Part shown: in pieces, positions 8,343-18,186 of the stretch
Numbering within the stretch: position 1 is the stretch's first letter
Layout: each line of letters begins with the position of its first letter
Source: Nanobdellota archaeon
Lineage (GTDB): Archaea; Nanobdellota; Nanobdellia; Pacearchaeales; GW2011-AR1
DNA length: 64,000 bases
NCBI GenBank assembly: GCA_038045705.1
Contig: JBBSXO010000001.1
Location: 96,001-160,000, forward strand
Direction of reading: 5' to 3'
Notes under the pieces: generated by a model
Seen by the model: only the letters and a program-made list of their open reading frames with translations
Told to the model about the DNA's origin: nothing
Database searches by the model: none
Translations under genes and position numbers: made by a program

Positions 8343-8734
8343 TAGTTATTTACCCTCATTACAACTCTCTTGCCCTCAACATCCCAATATTCTACTTGTT
8401 GTTCAGCGACTAGTTTATCTTTTAATTCTTCATCATAAGGCAAGTTAAGAGTTTCAAAATTTTCTAAGTCCATTACACTAACCATATCGCCATCAATACT
8501 AAGAACTTGAGCTTTCTTTTTTTCAACACTAGGTACTTCTAAGTTCTCACTCCCAGGAATAACTCCAATTCTTTTCTTTTTATCAAATATTCCAACAACT
8601 TCCATTCTACATTTCATACTTCCATGTTTTCCAGTCTTACTTTGATCGTTACTTCTAACAACGCAAGGAACACCATCCCAAAGGACAGTAGTGCCTGGTT
8701 TAGCAGTTGTTGCGGATATTAATTTTAAAACCAT
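8342..8734 (-). CDS. eif5a: Translation factor aIF-5A
   Basis: SKTGKHGSMK hypusine loop; VMDLENFET. Confidence 0.97.
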   Translation of the reverse strand: MVLKLISATTAKPGTTVLWDGVPCVVRSNDQSKTGKHGSMKCRMEVVGIFDKKKRIGVIPGSENLEVPSVEKKKAQVLSIDGDMVSVMDLENFETLNLPYDEELKDKLVAEQQVEYWDVEGKRVVMRVNN

Positions 8735-8878
8735 ATTCAAGTTTTCACAAGAACGTTTATAAAACCTTCTGTTTTTGAGAACAGAATAAATTAAGATTAT
8801 ATAAATTTCTTAATTTTTCTCTTGTTATAAAATAACAAGAAATGAAAGTTTTTTAAAGCTTGTCTTTAACAAAGGAAC

Positions 8879-9553
8879 ATGAATCAATTACAAAATACTC
8901 AAGTTGTAAATAAAGGAGAATTTATTGAAATCAAATTTACAGGTTTGGTAGATGGAAAGATCTTTGACTCAAACATATCGGAAGATTTAAAAAAAATAAA
9001 TGAAAATGCAATTCCAGAAAAAACAATTGTTATTATCGGCCAAAGAATGGTTGTAATTGGTTTTGATAATTTTCTAGAAGGAAAAGAGTTGGGAAAAGAC
9101 TATGAAGTTAAAATAACTCCAAATGAAGCATTTGGAAAGAGGAAAACTGAATTAGTAAGAATAATACCTCTTAAAATATTTCATGAACAAAAATTAAATC
9201 CAAAACCTGGAACTTCTTTCGTTTTTGATAACCAATTAGCTAGAGTAATAACTATTTCAGGCGCAAGAGTTATCACAGACTTCAATAATCCTTTAGCTGG
9301 AAAAGAAATTATTTACAAATTTAGCATTTCTAGAATAGTCCAAGACTTAAAAGAGAAGGCAGAAACAGTTTGTAAATTAGTTTTTAGATACATTCCTGAA
9401 ATATCTGTCGAAAATGATCAAGTTACAATAAAAGGACCAAAAATACTAGAGAGTTTCATCAAACAATCTCAATCAAAATTCCAAGAGTTTCTGGGAAATG
9501 AAGTCAAATTTCAAGAGATAGAAATTAAAAAAGAAGAAAAGCAAGATGAGTAG
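8879..9553 (+). CDS. FKBP-type peptidyl-prolyl isomerase (SlyD-like, long archaeal type)
   Basis: DGKIFDS, PNEAFGKR, DFNNPLAGK. Confidence 0.92.
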   Translation: MNQLQNTQVVNKGEFIEIKFTGLVDGKIFDSNISEDLKKINENAIPEKTIVIIGQRMVVIGFDNFLEGKELGKDYEVKITPNEAFGKRKTELVRIIPLKIFHEQKLNPKPGTSFVFDNQLARVITISGARVITDFNNPLAGKEIIYKFSISRIVQDLKEKAETVCKLVFRYIPEISVENDQVTIKGPKILESFIKQSQSKFQEFLGNEVKFQEIEIKKEEKQDE

Positions 9554-9592
9554 CATAACAATCCTTATAAATTAACTATAATTTGGTAAAAT

Positions 9593-10690
9593 ATGACGGG
9601 TGATTATGAAGATTCTGAATTAAAAAGTGTATCTTCCATTGATAAAGAGTTAGAACAATTGGTAAAGAAACAAGGCGCTCGTGTAAAAGTAATTGGTTGT
9701 GGAGGAGGAGGTGGAAATTCAGTTTCTAGAATGCGCGAAATAGGAATAAAAGGTTGCGAAGTAATTGCAATAAATACAGATGCTCAAGATTTATTATATA
9801 CAAACGCTGATGTAAAAATCTTGATAGGCAGAGAATTAACAGGAGGTTTAGGAGCTGGAAGTAATCCTAAAATCGGTGAAGAGGCTGCAAAAGAATCAGA
9901 ACAAGAAATTCGTAAGCGTTTAGCAAACTCAGATCTAGTCTTCATAACATGTGGTTTAGGCGGAGGAACAGGTACAGGGTCAGCTCCTGTTGTTGCAGAT
10001 TTAGCTAAAAAAGCAGGAGCACTAGTAATAGGTGTAGTAACTTTACCATTTACAGTAGAAGGTCAGAAAAGAATTGAGAACGCACAGTATGGTCTAGAAA
10101 GATTAGAACAAATAGCAGATACATTAATTGTAGTTCCTAACGATAAGCTGTTAGAATTAGCTCCAGACCTACCTATTCAAACAGCTTTCAAAGTTGCAGA
10201 TGAAATTTTAACCAATGCAGTAAAGGGAATTGCGGAATTAATTACTTCGGCAGGTCTAGTAAATTTAGATTTTGCAGACGTAAAAGCAGTCATGTCAAAC
10301 GGAGGAGTTTCATTGATAGGAATAGGCGAATCAGATAATGCTCAAGACAGAGCAGTAGAAGCAGTTGAACGTGCCATTCATAATCCACTTTTAGATGTAA
10401 ATATAGAATCGGCAAAGGGAGCATTAGTTAACATTATTGGAGGTCCAGACATGTCTCTAGATGAATATAGAAAAGTGATGGAAAGAGTAAGTTCGAAAGT
10501 AGCACCAGATGCAAAAATAATTTCGGGAGCAAAAATATCTCCAGATATGGATAAAACCATCAAGGTATTATTAATAGTTACAGGTGTAAAAAGTCCTCAA
10601 ATAATAGGTTCAAATTCGGGTTACAAAACCAAAGGAGATAACACTTCTTTAGGAACAGAACTAGGCATAAACTTCATAGGAGAAGAATAA
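9593..10690 (+). CDS. ftsZ: Cell division protein FtsZ (FtsZ1 context)
   Basis: GGGTGTG tubulin signature; NLDFADV; ftsZ-secE-spt5-L11 gene order. Confidence 0.98.
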   Translation: MTGDYEDSELKSVSSIDKELEQLVKKQGARVKVIGCGGGGGNSVSRMREIGIKGCEVIAINTDAQDLLYTNADVKILIGRELTGGLGAGSNPKIGEEAAKESEQEIRKRLANSDLVFITCGLGGGTGTGSAPVVADLAKKAGALVIGVVTLPFTVEGQKRIENAQYGLERLEQIADTLIVVPNDKLLELAPDLPIQTAFKVADEILTNAVKGIAELITSAGLVNLDFADVKAVMSNGGVSLIGIGESDNAQDRAVEAVERAIHNPLLDVNIESAKGALVNIIGGPDMSLDEYRKVMERVSSKVAPDAKIISGAKISPDMDKTIKVLLIVTGVKSPQIIGSNSGYKTKGDNTSLGTELGINFIGEE

Positions 10691-10744
10691 ATCTCAAAAA
10701 TTATTCGCCGAATAATTTTTAAACACCATAATCTCAAAGATGTT

Positions 10745-10912
10745 ATGGAAAAATTAAAATCATTTCTTTCTCAGTGTAAAAGAGTTTGGACAGTTTTGAA
10801 AAAACCTTCTAAGCAAGAATTTTTAATGATCTCGAAAATATCGGCATTGGGAATTTTAGCAATTGGTCTAGTTGGATTTCTTATCAGTGCAATAATGAGG
10901 ATTTTTAGTTAG
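10745..10912 (+). CDS. secE: Protein translocase subunit SecE/Sec61-gamma
   Basis: Manual translation MEKLKSFLSQCKRVWTVLKKPSKQEF...GILAIGLVGFLI. Confidence 0.93.
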   Translation: MEKLKSFLSQCKRVWTVLKKPSKQEFLMISKISALGILAIGLVGFLISAIMRIFS

Positions 10913-10960
10913 ATAAGTAGAATATTCTGACAAAATCAGTTATACATCTTTAATACTAGT

Positions 10961-11177
10961 TGAAATCTCCAATCTTTAGATTGGAGTTAAGTTATTATGT
11001 TGGAGATTATCAACTGTACTCCCAAAACACTAGCAAACTCATCAAAGTTTTGTGATGTCGATAGTGTTTCACACAAACCACGCCCTTTAGGGTGTGTTCA
11101 ACACTTCGATCATCCAAAAATCGAGCACCAATTCAAACCACACACTTTAGTGTGTGGTGGTGCATCGATTTTTTGAT
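10961..11177. repeat. Palindromic REP/PATE-like cluster (copy 1 of dispersed element, 11055-11177)
   Basis: Three hairpins with TTTA loops (CTCCAATC/GATTGGAG, CACGCCC/GGGTGTG, ACCACACAC/GTGTGTGGT); homologous to 51756-51850. Confidence 0.8.
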
Positions 11178-11274
11178 TTAACATAAATTTTCAAGATGAG
11201 TAAAGTTTATATATCGAACAAAATCTCAATAGGTACTACTTCTCTTATCCGAGTAAGTAGCTGGAGCTCATAAA

Positions 11275-11754
11275 ATGATTTTCATATTAAAAGTAACTAC
11301 AAACAAAGAAGAAAGAGCAATGGACATGATCCATGAAAGAGCTATTTTGAAGAGTCTTCATGTCTTTGCAATAACAAGACCTCATGGTCTGAAAGGTTAT
11401 CTAATTATAGAAGCTGCTGACAGAGATACGATAGAAGAAGCAGCTTTTAATTTACCTTATGTTAAAGGAATTATTGGAAAAACAGTTACTTATGAAGAAG
11501 TCAAAAATATGATTAAACCAGAAGTTCAAGACTTTAATATTGAGATCGGAGACATAGTAGAAATGATTGCAGATCACTTCAAGAACGAAAAAGGGAAAGT
11601 AATGCGTATAGATAAGAAGAAAGGCGAGATAGTAGTTTCATTACTAGGAGCGGCAGTTCCAATCCCAGTTACAGTAAAAATGGATAACGTAAAGGTTATA
11701 AGGCGTGATTCTGAACAAGGCGAAGCAAAGGAAGAAGAAAATGGCTACAATTAA
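11275..11754 (+). CDS. spt5: Transcription elongation factor Spt5/NusG
   Basis: KGYLIIEA NGN domain; IGDIVEM...KGKV KOW motif; VPIPVTV. Confidence 0.96.
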   Translation: MIFILKVTTNKEERAMDMIHERAILKSLHVFAITRPHGLKGYLIIEAADRDTIEEAAFNLPYVKGIIGKTVTYEEVKNMIKPEVQDFNIEIGDIVEMIADHFKNEKGKVMRIDKKKGEIVVSLLGAAVPIPVTVKMDNVKVIRRDSEQGEAKEEENGYN

Positions 11755-12481
11755 GTTAATAGTTGATGGAGGGGCAATGAAACCTGGCCCAACAATAGCT
11801 CAGCAACTAGGGCCCAAAGGGATTAACATTGGTAAAGTTATTGATGACATAAACAAAGCAACCACTAATTTTAAAGGTGTAAAAGTTCCAGTTGAACTAG
11901 ATGTTAACGAAAAATCAAAAACTTATGAAATAAAAGTATTTTCCCCACCAGTAGCAGAATTACTAAAAAAAGAGTTAGGTCTAGAAAAGGGTTCAGGCGA
12001 AGCAGGAAAAATAAAAATAGCTAATGCTGGAATTGAAAACGTAATTAATATAGCTCAAACAAAGCTTCCAAACATGCTTGCTCGCGATTTAAAGAATGCT
12101 GTTAAGTTAGTTTTAGGTTCATGCGTATCTCTTGGAATTTTGGTTGAGAATAAAAGTCCTGTTGAAGTAATTGCAGAAGTTAATTCCGGAAAATATGATC
12201 AAGAAATTTCTCAAACTAAAACAGATGTAAGTCCAGTTAAGAAAGCTGAACTTGAAGCATATTTTGTTAAGGTAAAAGCACAACAAGAATCTCGTGCGAA
12301 GGCAGAAGCAGAAGCAGCTGCAGCAGCAGAGGCTGCAAAAGCAGCAGTCGCAACAGTGGCTGGAGCATCAACAACAGCTACAACTACAACCGCAGTAGCT
12401 GGAGCACCTGTGACACCCGCAACAGAAACAGCAAAGACTCCTGTAAAATCCGAAGCAAAGAAAGAAGACAAGAAGAAATAA
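11741..12481 (+). CDS. rpl11: 50S ribosomal protein uL11 with long Ala/Thr-rich C-terminal extension
   Basis: GGAMKPGPTIAQQLGPKGIN, PPVAELLKKE, GSCVSLG; start moved to MATIK. Confidence 0.95.
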   Translation: MATIKLIVDGGAMKPGPTIAQQLGPKGINIGKVIDDINKATTNFKGVKVPVELDVNEKSKTYEIKVFSPPVAELLKKELGLEKGSGEAGKIKIANAGIENVINIAQTKLPNMLARDLKNAVKLVLGSCVSLGILVENKSPVEVIAEVNSGKYDQEISQTKTDVSPVKKAELEAYFVKVKAQQESRAKAEAEAAAAAEAAKAAVATVAGASTTATTTTAVAGAPVTPATETAKTPVKSEAKKEDKKK

Positions 12482-12538
12482 TTTTTTATCTTTATTTTGA
12501 AGTCAAATTTATATACACTTATTTACAACATCTCTATA

Positions 12539-12612
12539 GGGGATATGGGGTAGTTTGGTTAGCCTTCGAGGTTTGGGACTTCGCGACCCCGGTTCAAATC
12601 CGGGTATCCCCA
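12539..12612 (+). tRNA. tRNA-Pro(TGG)
   Basis: Acceptor stem GGGGATA/TATCCCC; anticodon arm CGAGG-TTTGGGA-CTTCG; T arm CCCGG-TTCAAAT-CCGGG; TATA at 12508-12515. Confidence 0.95.
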
Positions 12613-12668
12613 TTTACCACATCTGAAAAAACAAATATTCTTTTAAATGGATGTTTATCTATTTGTTA

Positions 12669-13082
12669 ATGCCAAGAAAAAAAAGAGATTTTGAAGATGA
12701 TCCATATTCCTTACAAAGATTTGTAGATCCATATTCAAGAGAGATCAATAAGATAACCTCTTTTGGTAGAATATCTGAAGATGTGGGTAGATTCAGATCA
12801 TTAACAAGATTATTAGAGTCAGGATGTTACCGTGAAATTTATATTGCCGAAAGAGAAAGTCTTCGAGAAGAGAAAGATTTGAGTTCAGGTGCAATTTATT
12901 TAATTTTCAAAGTTGGAGCTAAAATAAAAAAAGAACTTGAAGACTATAGATCAAAATTAGGCCCCGAATTAGCCCCTCGTCTAAAACAAAATCTGGATGA
13001 CATTTCTCAATTAGTAGAAGATTTTAACACACGTAATAATAATTATCTTAATAGCGCGATGATGCAAAAAGATGAGGAATAA
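12669..13082 (+). CDS. Hypothetical protein
   Basis: ORF fills the gap after tRNA-Pro; TTTTAAA about 25 nt upstream of MPRKK. Confidence 0.6.
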   Translation: MPRKKRDFEDDPYSLQRFVDPYSREINKITSFGRISEDVGRFRSLTRLLESGCYREIYIAERESLREEKDLSSGAIYLIFKVGAKIKKELEDYRSKLGPELAPRLKQNLDDISQLVEDFNTRNNNYLNSAMMQKDEE

Positions 13083-13111
13083 TTTAAAAACCCTATACAT
13101 CAATCACATTT

Positions 13112-13330
13112 ATGGTAAGAACAAAAAAAGTAAAAGCTGCCGGTCGCTTTGGAGCAGGTTATGGGACATATTTAAGAAATAGATTAAATGCTGTTGAAAC
13201 ATTACAAAGAAAAAAACAAATATGTCCACATTGTAAAAAGTCAGGAGTAAAAAGACTAGCTGCAGGAATATGGCACTGTGAAAAATGTGGAGTTCAATTC
13301 GCAGGACATGCTTACACACTAAATAAATAA
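13112..13330 (+). CDS. rpl37ae: 50S ribosomal protein eL43 (L37Ae)
   Basis: AGRFGAGYG, CPHC, GIWHCEKC, FAGHAY. Confidence 0.96.
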   Translation: MVRTKKVKAAGRFGAGYGTYLRNRLNAVETLQRKKQICPHCKKSGVKRLAAGIWHCEKCGVQFAGHAYTLNK

Positions 13331-13360
13331 TTTTAAAAACACTCAAATACCAAACTAACT

Positions 13361-13498
13361 ATGGCTCAATACAAATGTTTCAGATGCTCAAAACCTTTAA
13401 CAAGTAAAGTATTAGATAAGGTTTTCAACTGTCCTAATTGCAATTCAAAGATATTCTATAAGCCAAGAACACATGTTGTTAAGATAAAGGCAGTTTAA
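13361..13498 (+). CDS. rpoP: RNA polymerase subunit Rpo12 (P)
   Basis: Manual translation MAQYKCFRC...CPNCNSKIFYKPR; L37Ae-rpoP-pfdB gene order. Confidence 0.92.
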   Translation: MAQYKCFRCSKPLTSKVLDKVFNCPNCNSKIFYKPRTHVVKIKAV

Positions 13499-13499
13499 T

Positions 13500-13835
13500 A
13501 TGGATGAAATCGCAAGGCAGAAAATTCAAGATTTGCAGATTCTAGAACAAAATTTACAATCACTTTTAATGCAAAAACAGAACATATCTTTAGAGTTGAG
13601 TGAAGCATCTAATGCTTTGTCTGAAATAAATAAAACAAAAGATTTAGTATACAAGATGGTTGGTTCAATAATAGTTACTGTAGATAAAACAAAAACGTTA
13701 TTGGAATTAGAAGAAAAAAAGAAACTTCTTGAATTAAGAAATAGTTCCATAGAAAAGCAAGAAAAGTCTATAGAATCAAGGGCTATTGAGTTGCAGTCAG
13801 AAATAAAAAAAATATTGAACCCATCTCAAAAATAA
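13500..13835 (+). CDS. pfdB: Prefoldin beta subunit
   Basis: Coiled coils flanking VYKMVGSIIV; genomic context. Confidence 0.92.
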   Translation: MDEIARQKIQDLQILEQNLQSLLMQKQNISLELSEASNALSEINKTKDLVYKMVGSIIVTVDKTKTLLELEEKKKLLELRNSSIEKQEKSIESRAIELQSEIKKILNPSQK

Positions 13836-13923
13836 ACTAAAAAAGTCCTCGTCGAAGAATTAAATCTTATCAAGTGTTTTAAAATACGATAATATTTATA
13901 TACTGAACTATTTATCAGACATC

Positions 13924-14313
13924 ATGGTGTTTGGTTTCAAAGGAGTTTTCAATAAATCTCAGGCTTCAGATGATTATGTGGAGCTTGATTTAAATCAGTC
14001 AAAGTCTCGTAAAGAAAAAATAAAAATTCGTCAGTTTACCTTAACAAAATATGATGATATTAATGAGATTCTTGCTGCTTTACGTGAGGGGTATACAATC
14101 GCCTTTATTGATATTCGCAAATTAAAGAGTAAAGATATAATAGAGCTTAAGAGAGCGCTGACAAAGATAAAGAAAACTGTTGATGCAATGGAAGGTTCAA
14201 TCGCAGGTTTCGGAGACCAAGCAATAATAGCTTCTCCAGAATTTGCAGAGATTTATAGAGGACCATCAGGCAACTCTGTAAGTAATGCTCCAAAAGAAGA
14301 TTCATTAATGTAA
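13924..14313 (+). CDS. sepF: Archaeal SepF
   Basis: DDYVELD, LREGYTIAFIDI, ELKRALTKIK...GSIAGFG. Confidence 0.88.
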   Translation: MVFGFKGVFNKSQASDDYVELDLNQSKSRKEKIKIRQFTLTKYDDINEILAALREGYTIAFIDIRKLKSKDIIELKRALTKIKKTVDAMEGSIAGFGDQAIIASPEFAEIYRGPSGNSVSNAPKEDSLM

Positions 14314-14345
14314 CTCTAACAAGTCCAGTTTATCAAAAATTATTT

Positions 14346-14720
14346 TTATCTTTGAGATATTGAAAATAAACTTCTAACTGCTACAACAATTGTTGCAGGC
14401 ACAAGTAATACCAACAAAGCCCCTAAAGTTGAAGACACAATATTACCTATCTGCCAATTCAAAAATTCAATATTTCTAACACCTGCAGAGCCCGCAAAAC
14501 TAACTATTACCAAAGAAACAGAAGATGTCATGAATTTATTTATATCATTAGGGGCTACACCTATAAACCCTATAATTAATCCAAATACTAATAATAGCCC
14601 AAGAAGAAAAGGATTCAAATCACCAAATAATGCACTTAACATCCCTCCAATCAAAGCAAGAACAATTCCTATCAAGAATGCCCATGCACTTACAACATTT
14701 TCCTTAGATCTTATAGCCAT
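14346..14720 (-). CDS. Small multi-pass membrane protein
   Basis: About four hydrophobic segments; WAFLIGIVLA...VPATIVVAVR. Confidence 0.75.
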   Translation of the reverse strand: MAIRSKENVVSAWAFLIGIVLALIGGMLSALFGDLNPFLLGLLLVFGLIIGFIGVAPNDINKFMTSSVSLVIVSFAGSAGVRNIEFLNWQIGNIVSSTLGALLVLLVPATIVVAVRSLFSISQR

Positions 14721-14841
14721 CACCAATTACAGTAATTCGCCCAATATAAATTTTTCCTAATCTAAATATAGTAAAAATCTATAAGTTCGTTTAACACCGA
14801 AATATTTAAATAGGCTAATTATTGAAAACTTTAATCACAAA

Positions 14842-16932
14842 ATGAAATTTGTAAAATTAACATCTTTGTTTGCAGTTATTGCATTAGCAGTTTTATCTCT
14901 TGCTTTTGCGAGCGCTTCAACACTATTCTTAGATGATTTCAATTCAGGAGTACCTTCTCAATGGACGCCTGGAACTTGGACACTTTCTTCTGGCTATTTG
15001 GAATCTGGAGCTTCAAGCGCCAACAACTCAATAAATTCGATAGCAACAAGAAGCGCATCAACCTCAAACTTTAACAATATTGTACTATCTTTTGATAGAT
15101 GGTTGTTTGACTCAGGCAACAATAATTTTGAAACAGGTAATAATTTTATAGTTTCAATTTCATATGACGGAGTGACTTTTGTGCAAGTTAGTTCTGTAAC
15201 TGGATCAACAGCTACATCATTTACATCACAATCATTCACATTAAATTCTTCAGCAAATAACAATTCAAATTTTAAAATAAGATTTGAATGCTCAACAGAC
15301 TCAGGAAATGAGTTCTGTAGAATAGACAATGTTAGAATTGATGGAAATCCAATTTCATCTTCAAATATTAATATAGTAATATCTGGTGCTGAGCCATCAG
15401 GCAACCAACCGTATTCTACAAATCAAAACATAACATTAACATTAACAAATACAGGTTCAACACCTTTATCTGTGGCAATGTCTCAAACAGGAACATTATC
15501 TGGTCTGACATTCAATCCATCAAACCCATTAACATTAAACCCTAATATTCCAGTAGATGTAAAAGCAATACTTAGAGGTCTTACTGGGTTGAGATTCGGC
15601 CCAGATAACATAGTTAATATTCGTGCAACATCAAGTTCACAAGTAGCCACAACAAGCTTTAATGTAAAGAAAACATTTTGTTCAGCAGGTCAAACATTAA
15701 ACAGTAACTTAACAATTGATAGTGTTAGCTGGGATAATAACGGCGAAGGAGAAGAAAATGATTGGGAACTTTTAGATGAAATTGAAGTTGAAATGGATAT
15801 TAAAAATAACAATCAAGATGATGAAGTTGATGTAGTTGCAGTACTTGGTTTATTTGACAGTTCTGGAAATGATGTTTCAGACGAATTAACATTCCTTGGA
15901 GATTCAAGGGAAGATGAAGAACAAATTGAAATTAGTATTGATGATGATAGTGAAGAAACAGTAAACTGGGAGTTTAAAGTTCCAGCAGACTTTGATGCAG
16001 GAGAATACAAACTTGCAGTTAAAGTTTATGATGAAGATGCAGGTCAAAATAATGACTGTAAAGACACAGCTAGTGAACTAGATGAAAATTTCTATCAGCC
16101 AATAACAATTGAGCAGACTTCAGATGAAGGTCGTTTTGTAATCGTAGATGAAATTGAATTAGACAATCAGCTTACATGTGGAGAAACAGCAACAGGACAA
16201 TTTACTGTTTTCAACGTTGGTGAAGACGACGAAGAAAGAGTAAGGATAACAATCAGAAACAGAGATCTTAACATAGATTTAGTTAGAGAAATAACTTCTG
16301 ACTTAGATCAGGGAGAAGATGAAACTCTGGACTTTTCAGTGACTATTCCTGCAACAGTACCTAGCGGGACTTACACCTTAGAGTTTCTGACAGAATATGA
16401 TTATGACGATGGAGTTTATGATCAAGAAGGAGACGAATCATTTGACTATTCATTCGAAGTAATTGGATGCACTCAGAACACAGGCAATCCTGGTTCTGGA
16501 GGGTTAACCAATATAAGAATTGATGCTGAGCTTGATTCAGAAGCAAAAGCTGGCGAAGAGCTTGTAGTTGTTGCAACAGTCAGTAATACTGGAACAGAAG
16601 ATGCCACATATAGTATAAGCGCTCGTGGATATTCCTCATGGGCAGAATTAACAGATATTTCACCCGGAACAATATCAGTTGATGCTGGAGAAAGCAAAGA
16701 AGTCATAATAAAAATGATGGTTAATAAAGACACTTCAGGGTTGCAGTCATTTGATATGCAAGTATCAGAAGGTAGCAGATCTCAAATACAAGAAATTGAA
16801 GTTGAACTAGCTTCTTCAGACTCTTTAGGACTTTTAAGTTCAGGAAGCTCACTAATCTGGATAATTGGTGCAGTAAACTTAATACTTATAATTTTGATAA
16901 TTGTAGTTGCAATTAGAGTGTCTCGTAGATAA
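14842..16932 (+). CDS. Putative S-layer/surface glycoprotein with Ig-like repeats and C-terminal anchor
   Basis: Signal peptide; acidic beta-rich repeats (VFNVG.DDE, VSNTG); C-terminal TM plus RVSRR; adjacent to a sortase gene. Confidence 0.75.
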   Translation: MKFVKLTSLFAVIALAVLSLAFASASTLFLDDFNSGVPSQWTPGTWTLSSGYLESGASSANNSINSIATRSASTSNFNNIVLSFDRWLFDSGNNNFETGNNFIVSISYDGVTFVQVSSVTGSTATSFTSQSFTLNSSANNNSNFKIRFECSTDSGNEFCRIDNVRIDGNPISSSNINIVISGAEPSGNQPYSTNQNITLTLTNTGSTPLSVAMSQTGTLSGLTFNPSNPLTLNPNIPVDVKAILRGLTGLRFGPDNIVNIRATSSSQVATTSFNVKKTFCSAGQTLNSNLTIDSVSWDNNGEGEENDWELLDEIEVEMDIKNNNQDDEVDVVAVLGLFDSSGNDVSDELTFLGDSREDEEQIEISIDDDSEETVNWEFKVPADFDAGEYKLAVKVYDEDAGQNNDCKDTASELDENFYQPITIEQTSDEGRFVIVDEIELDNQLTCGETATGQFTVFNVGEDDEERVRITIRNRDLNIDLVREITSDLDQGEDETLDFSVTIPATVPSGTYTLEFLTEYDYDDGVYDQEGDESFDYSFEVIGCTQNTGNPGSGGLTNIRIDAELDSEAKAGEELVVVATVSNTGTEDATYSISARGYSSWAELTDISPGTISVDAGESKEVIIKMMVNKDTSGLQSFDMQVSEGSRSQIQEIEVELASSDSLGLLSSGSSLIWIIGAVNLILIILIIVVAIRVSRR

Positions 16933-16969
16933 GCAAACATATTTTTAAGCAACAATTCTCTAAACAATT

Positions 16970-17560
16970 ATGGAAAGAAAGTTTTTTTCAATAATTCTAA
17001 GATATTTTTTACTTTTAATTTTAGGTCTAGGTAATTTATTTATTTTTTATTTAATCTTTACACCATTGACCGTTTATCCAGTATTCTGGTTAATAGGTTT
17101 TTCAACTGAATCAACTCTTCTTCAAGGAACATACACAAAGGCATGCGATTTAGCACAAAGTAGCTTCCTACAAGAAATAGCGTGTATGAATACAACTATA
17201 TTCTTTCAAGATTATTTTGCAAGTATTATCCCAGCATGTATTGCAGGTTCAGCATATTATCTTTTATTAATATTAAATTTAAGTACGCCCATGGAAATGA
17301 AAAAAAGAATAAAAAGCTTATTATTTTTATTAGGTTTATTTTTATTACTGAATATAACAAGAATATTTACATTCGCAATGATTTTTGCAAATAAAAATTA
17401 TGAATTATTTAATATAGCTCACACAGCATCATGGTATTTTGGAAGCACAATATTAGTCATATTATTATGGTTTAGTAATGTATTATTATTTAAGATTAAA
17501 TCCATACCAATATTAACAGATATTACATCGATAATAAACTCCATGAGGACCAAAAAATGA
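16970..17560 (+). CDS. Archaeosortase/exosortase family protein (pacearchaeosortase type)
   Basis: Multi-TM; IPACIAGSAYYLLLILNL (Cys), NITRI (Arg), FNIAH (His) triad. Confidence 0.85.
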   Translation: MERKFFSIILRYFLLLILGLGNLFIFYLIFTPLTVYPVFWLIGFSTESTLLQGTYTKACDLAQSSFLQEIACMNTTIFFQDYFASIIPACIAGSAYYLLLILNLSTPMEMKKRIKSLLFLLGLFLLLNITRIFTFAMIFANKNYELFNIAHTASWYFGSTILVILLWFSNVLLFKIKSIPILTDITSIINSMRTKK

Positions 17561-18186
17561 ATCTTATCACAAATATAATTGAATTATTGATAGCATTAGT
17601 GTCAGATTTAGGATATCTGGGCATTTTATTAGGCATGACTATCGAAAGCTCCATAATCCCTTTTCCTGCAGAGTTAATCTTGCCTCCAGCAGGAGTCTTA
17701 GTTTCAAGAGGAGATATGTCTTTTATTCTAGTGTTAGCAATGGCAATAGTAGGGAGTATCTTGGGGGCATTAGTTAATTATTTTATAGCATACTATCTTG
17801 GAAGAAAAACTGTAAATAAACTCCTTCTAAAATATGGTAAGATATTTTTCATAAAAAAAGAAGAATTGATAAAATCTGAGAATACATTTAGAAAGCATGG
17901 AGAAATAACAACTTTCTTTGGAAGATTAATCCCTGGAATAAGGTCGTTTGTTTCGCTTCCAGCTGGTTTCTATAAAATGAATTTGATGAGATTTTGTTTT
18001 TTTACAGGTTTAGGAGCAGGTATATGGTCAGCGATTTTAATTTACCTGGGGATGTTTTATGGAGAAAATCAAGATTCAATAGAGAATATGTTAGGATCTC
18101 TTACATGGATCATCATAGCAGTAGTCTTAATTATAATCCTAATTTATATTTACATTCGTAAAAAGTTAAATCTTAAAATTAAATAA
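17557..18186 (+). CDS. DedA family membrane protein
   Basis: ESSIIPFPAELILPPAG, GRLIPGIRSFVSLPAG. Confidence 0.95.
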   Translation: MNLITNIIELLIALVSDLGYLGILLGMTIESSIIPFPAELILPPAGVLVSRGDMSFILVLAMAIVGSILGALVNYFIAYYLGRKTVNKLLLKYGKIFFIKKEELIKSENTFRKHGEITTFFGRLIPGIRSFVSLPAGFYKMNLMRFCFFTGLGAGIWSAILIYLGMFYGENQDSIENMLGSLTWIIIAVVLIIILIYIYIRKKLNLKIK

